NCBI RefSeq assembly: GCF_038025025.1
Contig: NW_027117346.1
Span: forward strand, 1,736,001-1,800,000
Reading direction: 5' to 3'
From: Phyllosticta citribraziliensis
Lineage: Eukaryota
DNA length: 64,000 nt
Positions 1 to 12,687 of the stretch are shown here, piece by piece. The first letter of the stretch is position 1; the number at the start of each line of letters is the position of its first letter. Both the position numbers and the translations under genes were made by a program. The notes below the pieces were generated by a model. It saw nothing but the letters and a program-made list of their open reading frames with translations, was not told the DNA's origin and did no database searches.

Positions 1-1302
1 CTCTGCTTGAGGTCGTCGTGCAGGGCGGGCGCCGTGGCCGGCAGGCGCCAGAAGCTGCCGCCCTCGGTCCAGAAGGTGTTGGGGCGGATGGCGAGCTGGC
101 CCTCGGCGTGGAAGCCGCTCCAGCGGTCGAACAGGAACGACAGCTCTTCTGCCTGCGTTGGCGATAGCGGCGGCGAAGGCGCGCGCTCGGCGTGCTTGTC
201 GTCGTCGGACTGGCTCGTGTAAAAGGCCTGCGGGTCGGCCAGCGCGTTGAGCAGCGCGCCAAAGTCGGCCGGGATCACGTCCGACACGAACCACGGGATC
301 GACTTGGGGTGCAGCACCACGTTGGTGGCCAGCCCCGCCGACAGCAGGTAGCCGGCCAGGATCAGGTCGACGAACAGCTCGAAGCCCGCGTTGTCGAGCA
401 CAATGTCGACGCGGCGCTCCGCCTTGCCCGCCTTTTTGGCCGCCAGCAGCGTCTCGTACGCCGCCTCGAGGTCGTTGACCAGAATGTTCTTCTCCGACGC
501 CTTGCGCGCCTCGGAGCCCTGCAGCTTTTGAATGTCTTCGTACGACAAGTTGGTCAGGAGCGACAGGTCCGTCGCGTTGCCCCAGAGGCAAATCTCGCTC
601 ATTTCCATGAACAGGATCTTGTCGGCCGCCTCCTTTGCCTCGGCCGTCTGCTGCGCCGACTTGCCCGTCTCGAGCTGCGTCACGAGCTCCTTGTACTTGG
701 CGGCAAGCTCGATGACGGCCGGGCGCGACGACTTGAAGGTCGAGATCTTCTGGCGGGCGAAGATGTCGTAGTTGGTCCACTTGGACGACCGCTTGAAAAG
801 CGTGCTGATGCGCCTATCTGCACAGGTCAACGCACCGTCCAGCGTCACTTCGGTCGGCGTCCGTTTTACCTGTACATGTAGCACTCCGAGTACAGCCATG
901 GCACGTCGAACCATGTCGGGTTGCCCAGCTGCTCCAATTCCTTGTTGTATCCGGCAATGTCGGGCTCGCCGTCGTCCTCGAGCGGCGTCAACTGGCGGTC
1001 GTGTTGGAGCTCGTACTTGAGCTTTGCCATGCCCTCGACAATCTGCTTGCCCTGCTTTTGCGTCTCGGCGTCGTCGGACGCGATGATGCCGCGGTGCACG
1101 TCATCAATGCCTTGGGTCTGCGGAGAGTCAGCACCGTGATGTCGCAGGCAGAGAGAGAGACTGACAATGATGACAGGCCATCGGTCCTTGGCAGAAATGT
1201 AGGCAAAGGACGTCTTGTCCGAGGTGTTGTAGAGCGCTGCATTATGTTAGAGCCGCGAGACAGCGCGTAGGCTCACTCACGCGTCTTTGTGTCGTATTCC
1301 AT
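1..1302 (-). CDS. DUF89/ARMT1-like damage-control sugar-phosphate phosphatase (multi-exon; 3' end runs off the window start)
   Basis: ATG at 1302 (MEYDTKT, then GTGAGT intron). Later exons give TWFDVPWLYSECYMYR, SLWGNATDLSLL and VDIVLDNAGFELFVDL, which are DUF89 family (yeast YMR027W-like) motifs. Confidence 0.9.
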
Positions 1303-2105
1303 GGCGGCGGTGTTGGCGTTGGATGGAAAATGTCAGTTCGGGGTTGGCGGGGTACCACACCGTCTTTGCCCCTCGATCTGGCTCAATGACGTCGGCGGAT
1401 CCATGTCCCGAAGCGGTGATCTTCCCGGGCAGTGGGGACACATAAACAGCGTTGCTGAACGCGTTCAGAATGGCTTCCGCCAGAAGCATGGCACCAGACT
1501 CTATTGAATGTGTGCTATAACGTGTTCCCATGCCTTGTGCAATAAGTATCATTGGCAGAGCACATGGAGGACCAATTTGTAAATCGGTACAGTCTCAACT
1601 TCCATCAGTTCCTCGGCCAATCCTCACGGGTTTGCACTGCCAAAACACGCTTCGGATTGCGAGTGCTGGAAACCGGGTCGCAACATGAAAGTAATTGCTT
1701 TCCTGTTGTTCGACGAGGAGAAACAAAAAGGTACAACTGGAGTGGATGGTCGTGCTTAGTAAGCGAACCACCGCCCGTTTTGTCAGTGCACTCGGTCGCT
1801 TCACTTCATGATTCTACACAGCCCTTTGCCTTTTGAACCTGGTTTTATATCGCAAAATGCTCTTCTTAAGCTTCTCTAGCTTAGGGGGACAGTTTACAGG
1901 TCCCACAAGAGTATTGTCAAGCTGTGCTGGACAACGAAGTTCACCTCAACCTTTTTCGAATTTTTTTTTTTCAGAGAGCTTGCCATGGTCGCTTACCTGT
2001 CGGTTGATCCATTCCTAGTAAAGCTACGTCGCAGTGCTTTGCGCTTCTTGCTATATTAGGTATATATTACGCACAATTTGCCTATTTCTCCAACAAAGTG
2101 AAACA

Positions 2106-2210
2106 GGGTCTGTGGTCTAGGGGTATGACACTCCCTTAGCATCTGGATGGTCTACGACCACCTGGATCCTGAGCTGGGAGAGGTCCCGGGTTCAATTCCC
2201 GGCGGATCCA
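2106..2210 (+). tRNA. tRNA-Ala(AGC) with 33-nt intron (2142-2174)
   Basis: Acceptor stem GGGTCTG/CGGATCC with the G3:U70 alanine identity pair; anticodon arm CTCCC-TTAGCA[intron]T-GGGAG; T-arm CCGGG-TTCAATT-CCCGG; T-rich terminator follows. Confidence 0.95.
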
Positions 2211-2229
2211 TTTCTTTTTGCCTTTTTTG
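2211..2229 (+). terminator. Pol III oligo-T terminator of tRNA-Ala
   Basis: TTTCTTTTTGCCTTTTTTG directly after the discriminator base. Confidence 0.75.
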
Positions 2230-4491
2230 GCCTTTAAACCTCTTTTATTTGTCCATTGGTTGTGTTGGGACCATTCAGGGCAAAATTGGGCGGTTGTGGA
2301 GGCGCGCAAGTCGATGGGGGCGCAGAACGCAAGTTTCCGCAAGTATTTCGGGCCAGCTAACACACCAGGAAGGAGCGGACCTGCCAAGGACTGGAACCGC
2401 TCTGCATTTGCAAACTGAAGCATGCAGCGCGGCGCGAGCACACTGCGCAATGGCAGAGTCGCTGCAGGCCAGTCGGCGTCAGGTTTTCAAGGATCTTGAC
2501 CGTCCATTCGATCAGAATCCCGTGTCAGAGATTGCGCGTCTCGTTTTGGTCCACGATGGTTGACGCGACAAGTGATGGAACGGTAGAGAAGACGCGCGGA
2601 GGAAAGTCAGGCAACTGAGAAACTGCTGGCCTGGGTTGCCTCCTGCCTACAATCGCTTATACCGAAGACGCTTCCAGCGTACTCCCCACAAGCGAGCCTA
2701 TTGAGCACTGTTTCCGTCGAGACAAACATGGCCAGGATCTCAATCGAGGGCCAGAATTTTCCCCTCATCGCGAGACAGAGCGAACCCACTTTCGACACCA
2801 TTCTTGATGCACCGACAGTCTTTGCGAGCCAACGGTAGCTGGGTTAGATGCACAAGGCAGTAGATGACATCGGGACCAATTCCTTTCGACAAAGCGGGAG
2901 CCCCCATAAGCAGGACATCGCACACCATCGAACCACGACCACGACCCAATCGCCGTCCAAACAAACTCGGTCAACAATTCCTGGAATTCTGCGAGTCCCA
3001 AACACGACTTAAACCAAGCTTGCTCAAATCTAGCAAGGCCGGTAAGCTTAAACGCGCACAAGGCTAAATCTAACGCTCGTCGCCCACAAGCACTGCCAGC
3101 GTGACGATGATTACCCAACGATCAATAATACGTTTCGATAAAGCATCTTCGTTGTACAGGTTAACTGGTTGCTCGGTCGGCGGGTATTGGTTGCGGAATT
3201 TGTTCTGGAGAAAGAGTGGATGAGGAGTCACAAGGTTGTGTTGATGCGGGATGTGCGCATTGAGAGGTACGTGGTCTTCGCAGCAAACATGGCGCTACAG
3301 ACTGTGTGTCTCGCAGCTTGACGCTCGCGGATGATGAAGACTTTGAATCAACAAGTCTAGGAAATTCCGAGCCAGTTAGAAACGAAGGAAAAGCAAAATC
3401 AGATCGAAAATGCCGCCAACAACGCCTCTGATACGCCGCTCCACGAAACACTGTTTGCCTTGCAACCAAACCGCCGTCTACTTGGTGCTTGTGTGCTAGC
3501 ACCAACAAGGTCCGCCTGTAAAGGAATGTCTCGGATGACACGAGGGCGACTAGCATTCTCAGTCGGAGCGGCGAAAGATGCATCCAATACCCGCGCCAAT
3601 AGAGACAAGGATAGAGCCGCTGCAGGTACACGCTGAAAACTTCCTCATCTCACCGGGAGAACACAATGGAAGACCCAGAAGCCAGTCTCTCTCAAAAGAT
3701 GCAGGTCCACATGCGTCATTTTCTGCCCACGACATGAGTGACTAGCCGCAGGTACCGCAAAATAAAAAAGATCCACCAGCCACTCACTCTTCACCACCTT
3801 GTAAGGCGAGGCGAGGCGGGCACGGCAAGCAACCAAGCCAACCGCGCCAGGGACTTCGTCGTACCCGTCGTACGGCACCCTCGGTCGGCCGGTCGGACGG
3901 ACGGGCAGGGCCCGCGACGCCACTTTTTGTACCTACGGCACTGCACCAAAACGCGCGCACATGGCAATTGGCAAGGCAACCTGGCCGGCCGGCCGGCGGA
4001 CCGTTTTTAATATCGCCCACACTGGCTTGACCCCTGAATGAAAAGTGCTCGATAACGCGGCCAGCTGACTGACTACCCGCTTGCTCATCGAGAAATGAAA
4101 AGAAGCTTTGCGGGAACTGACGGGGAATGGACGGCTGGCGGGCTTGGAGGCGTTCATGGCGGTCTTCACATGTCCACGGGTTGTAGGTATAGAGAGGGAT
4201 CGTTGGTGGGATGGTCGTTTACAGTGAGGCGGCCAGAGTAGCGAATGGAGGGAAAACGCGAGAGCGGGAGCGGCAAGATAGGGTAGATCGGCAAAGGCAG
4301 AGACATGAGGCTGCATCCCGATGGTGAGTTGTCAAAGTCCTGCTTGTATTCCTCGTTCTCGAAGTAATGGTAGTATTGTACAGTGCAGTGCAGTTAAATC
4401 AGGGGCATTACCTCCCACGGTAACAGAGTAGAGAAACATGGCGTTGAAAGCGCTAGCGAAGGGGATATCATAGAAGGCTGAAGAACTAGGG

Positions 4492-4511
4492 AAAAAAAAA
4501 AAAAAAAAAAA
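4492..4511. repeat. poly(A)/poly(T) tract, about 20 nt
   Basis: Homopolymer run just downstream of the PTH11-like gene. Confidence 0.85.
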
Positions 4512-4574
4512 TCAAAAGAAAGGCGCAAGCAAGAGTGAACGATGTGACCACGCGGATAAACCGTCGCTCTACAG

Positions 4575-6147
4575 TTATGTGTGATGTTGCTGAGGATGTA
4601 GCTCCTCCATGGCCACCGGCTCAAACCACGCACTGGCCTGATGCGTCTTTAACGGGTTGTCCAAGCTGGGAGGGCTGTCGGGACGGTGATGGTGATGATG
4701 ATGGTGATGGTGATGGTGGCCAGGCTCGCGGTCCATGGGGCCGGCCAGCTCGCCCACAACCAGATTCGCGACATGCTTATCGCCATAGTGCTTGCGGTGT
4801 TGCTCGGCCACGCTACTTTCGTTGACGACGGTGCTGTTGTTGCTGTCCTTGAGGCGCAGGTCGCTGGCATCAGAGGCACTGCGGCTGGTGCGGTGCTGGT
4901 GTCGTTGCGGGCCTAGGTCGGAGAGATGCGTTTGCGAGTCGCACGACTTGCGCGTTTCGCTGCGAATGATGATTTCTTGAACGACGCTGATGGAGCCCGA
5001 AAATGTCGAGGCGAGGAATGGCCAGAAGATGGGTATCGATGCCGTGAGGATGGCCAGATTGACTTCAATGTCGGATGTGAGGACGATTGGTGGTGCGTAC
5101 CAGGGAGGGTCGTAGGTCGGGTAGGAACCAGCGTGCGATTTGACAATGAGCCAGAGACGGAGAGCGGCGCAGAGAACGGCACTGCATGCGGCGTCAGTAG
5201 AGAATCGGAAACTGCTTTCATGGAACTTACACTGTGCCCAAGCTAAACAGCCCAATGAGGCCGAGCTTTTGCTTCTTGCACATCTTCAATCGTGCCAATG
5301 TCGGGAGTGGGATTGTGAGGATCAGGACGTCGAGGCACATGTTGCTGGCCGTGTGTGACACGTAGCCCTTGTACGTCTCGTCCGCATCGCTGGAGCCAAA
5401 CAGGATGCAGTGGCCATCGACAAGGAAATTCCAACTCTTTTCGACAGGAGAGCAGCTGAATACAACCATGAAGAAGTAAGCTGTGCCCCAGCAGGCAACG
5501 GCGATTGCAATGCAAATGAAAGTCCAGTGGAGGACAGGATAAGAACGTCGTCCAAACAGTCTCGTGTACTGCACTGCGATCGATAGCTTGATGAGGCCGG
5601 TGCTCGAGCAATACGTCGCATTGGTCCACATGAACCACTGGAAGAATGAGCATCAAAGCTCAAATACGAGACGTGTGAGGCTTACAAAGAGATATTTTGA
5701 AAACACTGAGTAGTTGATGGTCCCATCAGGATTCTCTCCCAACATTGACCTCAAGTGCAAGCCAAAACCGTAGGGGACTTCTATGTCAGTGTTAGCTGGC
5801 AACGAAACGGACGGACTTGAGACAAACCATTGTTAACCGTTACAGTTCCAATGGTCGACGAAACCTGCTACAATCAATCATGTGCTCGGTCTACGACAGG
5901 TGATAGCCTTACGAGTGCAAGAGATACAATGAGATCGTCCCATCCAGGGGACCGTACGACTTTGAATCGACACCACAAACGAAGGAGTACTGCTATCCAC
6001 GCAATAACCTACAGATCATCAGTAAAGAGTGAATATTGCAAGGAGATTTGATTGAATTACAAGCAAGAATATCGAGGTTCCCCGAATTGTTGCTGGCTGA
6101 TGAGTAACGGGGATAGGGTAGTCGGGGGGTGTCAACCAGCGGGCCAT
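4575..6147 (-). CDS. PTH11-like (fungal rhodopsin-domain) integral membrane protein/GPCR, multi-exon
   Basis: ATG 6147 (MARWLTPPDYP...). Exons give VLLRLWCRFKVVRSPGWDDLIV, IKLSIAVQYTRLF, CSPVEKSWN...GHC, LDVLILTIPLPTL..LKM..KQKLGLIGLFSLG and IEVNLAILTASIP, the PTH11-like pattern. No CFEM domain seen. Stop at 4575. Confidence 0.88.
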
Positions 6148-8781
6148 GGCTTCCCGTCTGCAGTCAGAACTGCTGTAGCATTTTTTTAGAATGCGAGCGG
6201 CAGAGCCATGAGAAACTGGGCAGGTGTAGGTGTTGTTGTATAAGAGCGAGGGGAGGGAACAGACGGAAATCCCTGAAGCAAGGAACGCGGCTTGCTCTAA
6301 AGTAACGGCCCGCAGACTCTATAGTGGCCTGGGGTTGTGTGGGTACCTCGTGGTCGTTTGCTGGGCTTCCGGCCTTTTCGATGGCGTACCCATCCACACG
6401 TACGAGATTTTGGTTCCTCCCATGACTAGGCCAGGCCACCTGCTGGTCCAGAGAAGCATTCGTCTGTCGTGACCTGACTAGCAGGTTTCAGGGTATGGAT
6501 GCGGTGGGTTGCCGTGTCGGAAAAGACGGGGAAGATCCCTAATCGGCCACCAACGCTGTCAACGGTGCGCCTCCCGTAAGTTACGGCAAAGCTAGCTCGC
6601 CACGAATCTAGCTAAGCTCCTCGTGTATCGTGACCTTCTTCTTGCTATCAGATCTTGGCCCTGGCAGGGTAATGGTCCGTTAAGGTGGAGATTTCGGTCA
6701 TCGACAAATGGGATTGGGCTTTGGTCGCTAGTCAGGACGCAGCCAATGATAGGAGCCAAGCATTGGGGCGCAAACGTGACTGCTGCAATGCTGCGTACAA
6801 AAGAAGTCGGTGGTTAGGTAATTTGGGAGAGGACCGTTGATGGCCATTCCTTCAAGACGCCGCGGCGAGCCACGAGAAGCGGAGCCAGGAACATGCCCGT
6901 AGATAGAACACTGGGTTTTCGGCCCCGATTCCATGTGAGCTAGCTTGCGGGTACGCGCCACTGGGAAAGAGCATTCCTCCTTGGAGACCTGAAGATATGT
7001 ACGGCGATGGAGCAGCAAAAGGAAATGTGTTGCGCCGTTCGGCGCTTGAGGCTGTTATGCAGATGCAGATCATGGGCAAGGATGTGACTCGGTTGCAGTC
7101 GAGAGCGACACCAAGATTCGGGATCGGCCACATAGTTGGTGCTCGCGTGGTTCCGATTGTGCTCTGGAATGCGGCTTGCTTCTCGCAAAACTTATAAGCG
7201 AGCTGCAGGCGGAAGCGTTATCACTGGTCGACTTTTTAGAACGAAGGTGGTCCGCGCCGTGCAGGTGTGCGGGTAAATGAGAGCTCGGCGAATTTTGCTC
7301 TTGAACCTGACGTCGACATGACCGGTGTAGTCGCCGAATCTACAATCAGGAGAAGACTGTTGATGCCAACGTTGGTTTTTGTCCCAACCAACACGCAGGC
7401 TTGTGCCGAATACGAAGGCCAATCAAGGTGGGATTTGACTTCTATGGCGCACCAGAAAGACGTGCAACTTCGAACGTCGTAGTCAAGTCTCCACTTTCTG
7501 AATCTGGGGTAGGAGAGTTGGCTAAAGGCGCCGGCAACGCGAGTCTGCAGCGGGAGGCGGAAGCCAAACGAGGGACTGCTTGCGTATGGCAGAAGCTGGA
7601 GGGGAAGACAGGGTTGCAAGGCGTCAGCGCGCGTGTTTGGGTTCCCGCTCGCTGCTAATTGCGCTAGGCACAGCGGAGGGTAACGTGGGCGAGATTCGTG
7701 CCAAATAAGAGGGGCTACGGTACTGCGCCTTGACGACTGCGGGCCGTCGGTGCAGCTTGGCTCGATGAATGCCCTGGGGCAGATTCACCGCTGGCAAAGA
7801 TCAACTTCGTTGCTGCTTCGCATGGCCACTTGCCGGCTCTGGTTGATCAGCTGCCTCGAAAAGCCAACCCGAATTAGAAGCACTTCGGACAGGAACATCA
7901 GGCAGCGTCATACCGAATGGCAAAAGGAGTGGGCTGTCGAAGCGAACCACCATTACGACCAGGACATGGGTCGTTTAGATCTGCGCCGCCTCGAGATCTG
8001 ACCGCGCCTCGACTCGCGCGTGTCTTCCACAGAGCTTCCAACACCAAAGCCTCGTGTGACAGGATTCGAATAGATTGCTCTTCTGATAGGGCAAAGGCCA
8101 GACCCAACGGTGCGTGCTGTGGAGAAGGCCTGGATTCGTTGGGACGCGTGCTGGTCGGAAACTCGACAGAGGGATTTGGACAGGGCAATCAGACGCAAAT
8201 GACGCCAGCACGCACAAGGGCGCTTCAGAATGAGACACAGCTTTTGGGTGAAGAAGACACGCGGCCCCGAGTCGTGGGAGCATCGCTTCGAGAGAATTGC
8301 GTCATGACTGAGTCGTTGGTCGTCCACATGCTCAAAGGATGATGATGGGCCGGAGCCTGGTCGAAGTTGGAAGTATTGGAGCGCTTTGCTTGCTGCTGGC
8401 GAGGTTGAGAGTGTGGTGTCGGTCGTTGGCTGGGGAAAAGATTAACCGCTGAAGCGTACAAGGTCGACCAAGGCGGCAAGCCTTCCGGCGGACTGATGGG
8501 GCTCAAGGACACAGACGGCGGGACTTGAGACGGCGAAGAGGAATGCTCCGCTCGCAGACCCGGGTGGTTGGAGCAGCCCTGGTGATGGGTGTGCTTTCAA
8601 CCAGGATCGGGAACGCGAAGCCGCGCGCGGACGGACGCGACCCGAGCCCGAGCGAGAGGGTGCATCCATGATTTTCAACACCAAGCGGCCTGTGCATCTC
8701 TGCTTCAAACACCTTCATCGACAACGCCAACCCGTCTCTTCGACGTCTTGGACCAAACCTTGCGTTGCCGTGACACGCGTC

Positions 8782-10433
8782 ATGCCTCCAAAGCAAATCA
8801 GCACTGCGGACATCATCTTCCCCGTCCTTTCCGGAAACTCCCTATCCAGCACCTTGTCGTCGCTCAAGCGCTCAACTTTGTCCACGTCCAATCGGCTACA
8901 CTCCATTGATTCAGATGCCGAGTTTGTCTGCGCCGTGGCGGACGCGTATCGGCGGCCCCTGGTGGCCAATGAGAGGTGCGGCAGTTGGTACATTCCGCTC
9001 GAGCGCAAGACGGCGAGCGCCTACTTCAAGAGCACCGATGGCCACATGGGCGAGTGGAGCTTCAGCCTGAGACGACTCAATGTCCAAGTCCTCGAGGTGG
9101 CGGGAAAGCATGATGGGTACGTTAGCTTTCGATTGCGCAGCCCAACGGCGCCGAACATCTAAGGTTGAGGCGCTGGCAGATGCGTGATAGTCGACTCCAC
9201 CCGGAGAGGAAAGCGTACGTTGATTTCGTTTGCCTTCCCCAGAGGTTCCGGCGGCTCCTCCAGCCTTCATCCAATCGCCCGGGGAACTGTTCGAGCTTCC
9301 AACCTACTGATTCGTACCGTTGCAGGGATGCCTGATGCTCTATCAAAGACGATTCCAACATGGTGCGCCGTTTGGAACAGGCTTCTGTTTCCTCACAGCC
9401 CGGAAGCTCACCAACTGTATACGCCGCGCCAGTCAGTTTCAGACTCTGAGCATTCGCAAATCGCCGCTCGCCTCGACTCATTCGTTGAATTGGCTCAAGA
9501 GCTGGGGCTCAATCTGGCAAGCCTTCGCGCCCACCTGACCAAGCCGCTCCGCCCAATCTGGGTGACCCAGGAGTCTGCGCTACCATCCTCGCCCCCTGAC
9601 TTTCAAGACTTTCACCCAGTCATCCTCTGCACGTCGTCGCGCCGCGTTCTTGGTGGCGAAGTATCCGAGGGCGGCTACGTCCAGGGCGCCGGCGACGACG
9701 CCGAAGGCTGGGCTTGCGGCCTCACCCCGCAACTGTTTTGGGAGAACAAGCAGCAGCTGCTCGAAACGGCCGAGGGGGTTTTGCCCGACCTCATCTCCAA
9801 TCTTCTCGAGCAATACTCTCGTAGTGAGAGTAATGCCGTGAGCGCCGCTGTTCCCCTTGAACCCGCAACATGGCTCTCCGTCTGTCCATACGCCTCGCTG
9901 ATGCAACACGCTACAACAGACTTTGACGCCGTCATCTCGTGCACCTCTACCTCCGATGCGGCTCTCGAACAGCAAAAGAAGTCAAATCACTGCCACCTCA
10001 AATGCACGACAGGTAAGCTGGGCAGCCGAGACCTGCGCGTGGCCCTTCCGGCCCTCGAGGCCTTTATGCGTGATTTGCCTCGAGACAGTTCGCTCGTTGT
10101 CAGTTGTGAAACGGGCAAAGACATTTCGGTAGGCGTGGCGCTGGCAGTGCTGTGTCTATATGCTGATGAGAGAGGTGCGTACTTTTCTCAATGATCCCGG
10201 TCCCAAGACGAACAATCCTCTGACGACCCTCTTCCACAGGCACACGCACCCTCGCTCCCAACCCCTCAATAAACAAACCCTTCATCAAGCAGCGCCTCAG
10301 CTGGATCATGACGTCCTTCCCCGACGCCAAGCCGTCGCGCGCGACGCTGCAGTCGGTCAACGCGTTTCTCTTCTCGCCGCGCGAGACCGAACCAATGGCG
10401 AGAAGTTTAGTCGATGAGGACAAGAGAGCGTGA
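8782..10433 (+). CDS. RIT1: initiator tRNA A64 2'-O-ribosylphosphate transferase
   Basis: Motifs LVANERCGSWY, YFKSTDGH, IIVDSTRRGK-MPDALSKTIPTWCAVWNR, YVQGAGDDAEGW, CETGKDISVGVALAVLC and C-terminal PSRATLQSVNAFL; about three introns; TGA at 10431-10433. Confidence 0.92.
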
Positions 10434-11210
10434 GTGCTTCGGCAGAGTTGCTGCAATGAACGCTGCGTTGTCCCCACTTCCCGATCCATCCCTGGCGCCT
10501 GTGCCTGGACGGACGGCTGGCTGGACGAGACGAGGCCGCTCGGTGCCTCTGAGATGTCTGAGGAGCCGTTGTAGGCTCGACAAGAGTCGATTCTACTCGT
10601 CTCAGCCATGGGACACCACGTATCTGGCGAGGCAGCCAGGAAGGCATTGTCCAAAGCCCCTGACCAAGCAACATTGCACGCAGTCTGGCAGTGATGCGAT
10701 GCGCTCACCAGAGGGCCAAAGGGCATCCGTCACCAGCCAGGAGTAGAGAAATGAGATGCGAGACTGGCTCGTATGAACAATGGCATCGAGACGGGATCAA
10801 GGAAGGGTAGGGAGCAGCGTGGGCTTTGACTAGGCGGGAGCTCCCGACCCAAAAGCCATGGAAGACGGAGATGAGAAGCACTCGATATCGACTCACAGAA
10901 TGGAATAGTTGGACAAATCAATTCCATCTGGATAGACGAAGCCATGATTGAGAGGACGGTGATAGCTGTGGAGCAGGGCAGAACAGAGCGTGGCGCAGCG
11001 TCCAAACCTATACAGGCGGCTAAACACTAGCTCAAGAACGCATTTTATTAGACCCCGATGCACTTTCGCAACAACGCCGTTGATATCCCAAGCAAATGAT
11101 AAAGGGAATGCATGTCTGGTGGCTGACAAGTTCGAGGCAGGTCGACTAGAATCCATACCGACAACAGGTAAGAGAACAAGGAGGAAACAACTGCAACTTC
11201 ACACTTCCGC

Positions 11211-12230
11211 TCAGACAGTCCCTGCGATACTCAACTCGCGTATCTCCTGTAGCACCTCCTCGACACGCTGATCCAACTGGCCACTAGCATACTGATCCCT
11301 CACATCGGCGTCCAGGTACTGCTGGACCTGCGCCATGCGCGAGTAGGCCTCTGCGCAGAAGCGCAACTGGATCTTGACGAGGGCTTCGAACGAGGGGTCG
11401 AGGTAAGGGACGCGCAGGTCGATGAGCTGCGGCAGCTCGTTGGTCAGCTGCTCGTTGAGCTGGTCGTAGGCCGCCTTGGCCAGTTGCTCGTCCTTTTCGG
11501 CGCGCGGCAGCTTTGTGGGATCCTTGTCGGGCTTGTCGGTCAGCTTGCGCACTTTGGAGCGCATTGCGTCGTAGTCGGTTTGCTTGTGCCCGCGCTTCTT
11601 GATGCCTAGACGTGGACATGTCAGTTCACTAGACGGACTGTCTTTGGGCCGAGGATGCCGTACATTCGTTGATTTCGGGGAAGTAGGCGCAGAATCGCGA
11701 TATCGGTTCTAGAATGGTTTGTCTGCAGGCACATCAACTCGTATTCTTCGGAGCAGGTTGGCTCTGCGAACCGGTACGGCCCGTCCAATGCCTTGATCGT
11801 CTCCGCATCCAAGTCTGCCACTGCTTCCTTGTAGCTTCTGCTCACGCCGTCTCTGGCGCCCGCGTCTCCGTAAAAGGCGTCGATGGTCTCGGCAATGCGC
11901 ATTTGCGAGGCCGTCATGGCTAGAAGGCGAGCAATCAGCACAGGTCCCCCCGTTGGCTTGGTGCACTGCGGCCTTTGTACCTCGTAGTGAGTCCAGATAG
12001 CCCTTGGCTTCCTTTTGTAGCTTGGTGGCGGCCGACTCCATGGTGCGGTAGCGGCGCAGTTCCGTCTCAAAGTCGCGGTCGTTGGTCTTTTCGACATGGC
12101 CCGTCTTCATCATGACCTGGGTCGTTGCCCGGTTGACGCCCTTTTTGAAGCCTGCAGAGCGACGCGGAACGGGTCAGCGGGTTGTTCACACTGAGGGGCC
12201 TGGATCCGGCCTCGTACCTGACCAAGACAT
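11211..12230 (-). CDS. RVS161: N-BAR amphiphysin, reduced viability upon starvation protein 161 (Hob3)
   Basis: MSWSG|FKKGVNRATTQVMMKTG, LQKEAKGYLDSLRAMTASQ, LDGPYR, ELPQLIDLRVPYLDPSFEALVKIQLRFC; four short introns. Confidence 0.95.
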
Positions 12231-12511
12231 GGTGATTGTGTTGTGGCCGTTTGTCTCGACGGGTGGTTGTCTTGTCCAGCGGGTCTTGGATGCGGTGCAG
12301 TCGAGGGGGGATGGTGGGGGCGACGCGACGCGCCAGAGGTGAAGACGGGACTGGCGATGGGTATGCTGGAAGAAATGGAGGCGAAGAGGAGGGAGAGGCG
12401 CAGGTGGAGGATAGGCTGCGGCCGGTGGGTTCTGGCGCGAAGTGTGGGAGTGGGTGTGGCTGTGGTGAGGGCTGTATACACCAACCCTGGTACCGGTGGG
12501 TGGTTGCGCCC

Positions 12512-12540
12512 GTCCAGGTCCAGGTCCAGGTCCAGGTCAG
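12512..12540. repeat. (GTCCAG)4 hexamer microsatellite in the RVS161/MSW1 divergent promoter
   Basis: gtccag gtccag gtccag gtccag gtcag. Confidence 0.85.
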
Positions 12541-12687
12541 TGGGGCTTGGCATGACGACGATTTTGGCGCTGCGGCTCGGGCTCAGGCTCGCCGTCGACT
12601 TCCGTTCCGCCCAGAATCCTCTTCCGCCGTCACTCATCATGGCTTCCGCTCGTTTCAACCCACCGCCGACCTTCCTTTCCGCACCGC

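Noticed and set aside
192..881. 229-aa plus-strand ORF, and similar long antisense ORFs at 16795-17769, 22603-23598, 28019-28828 and 55730-56317
   Set aside because: Shadows of GC3-rich genes on the opposite strand; no family motifs.
2400..4400. Many short ORFs between tRNA-Ala and the PTH11-like gene
   Set aside because: No recognisable domain, codon bias or convincing exon chain.
6200..8700. Short overlapping ORFs upstream of RIT1
   Set aside because: No coherent gene model; could hide an orphan gene but I cannot support one.
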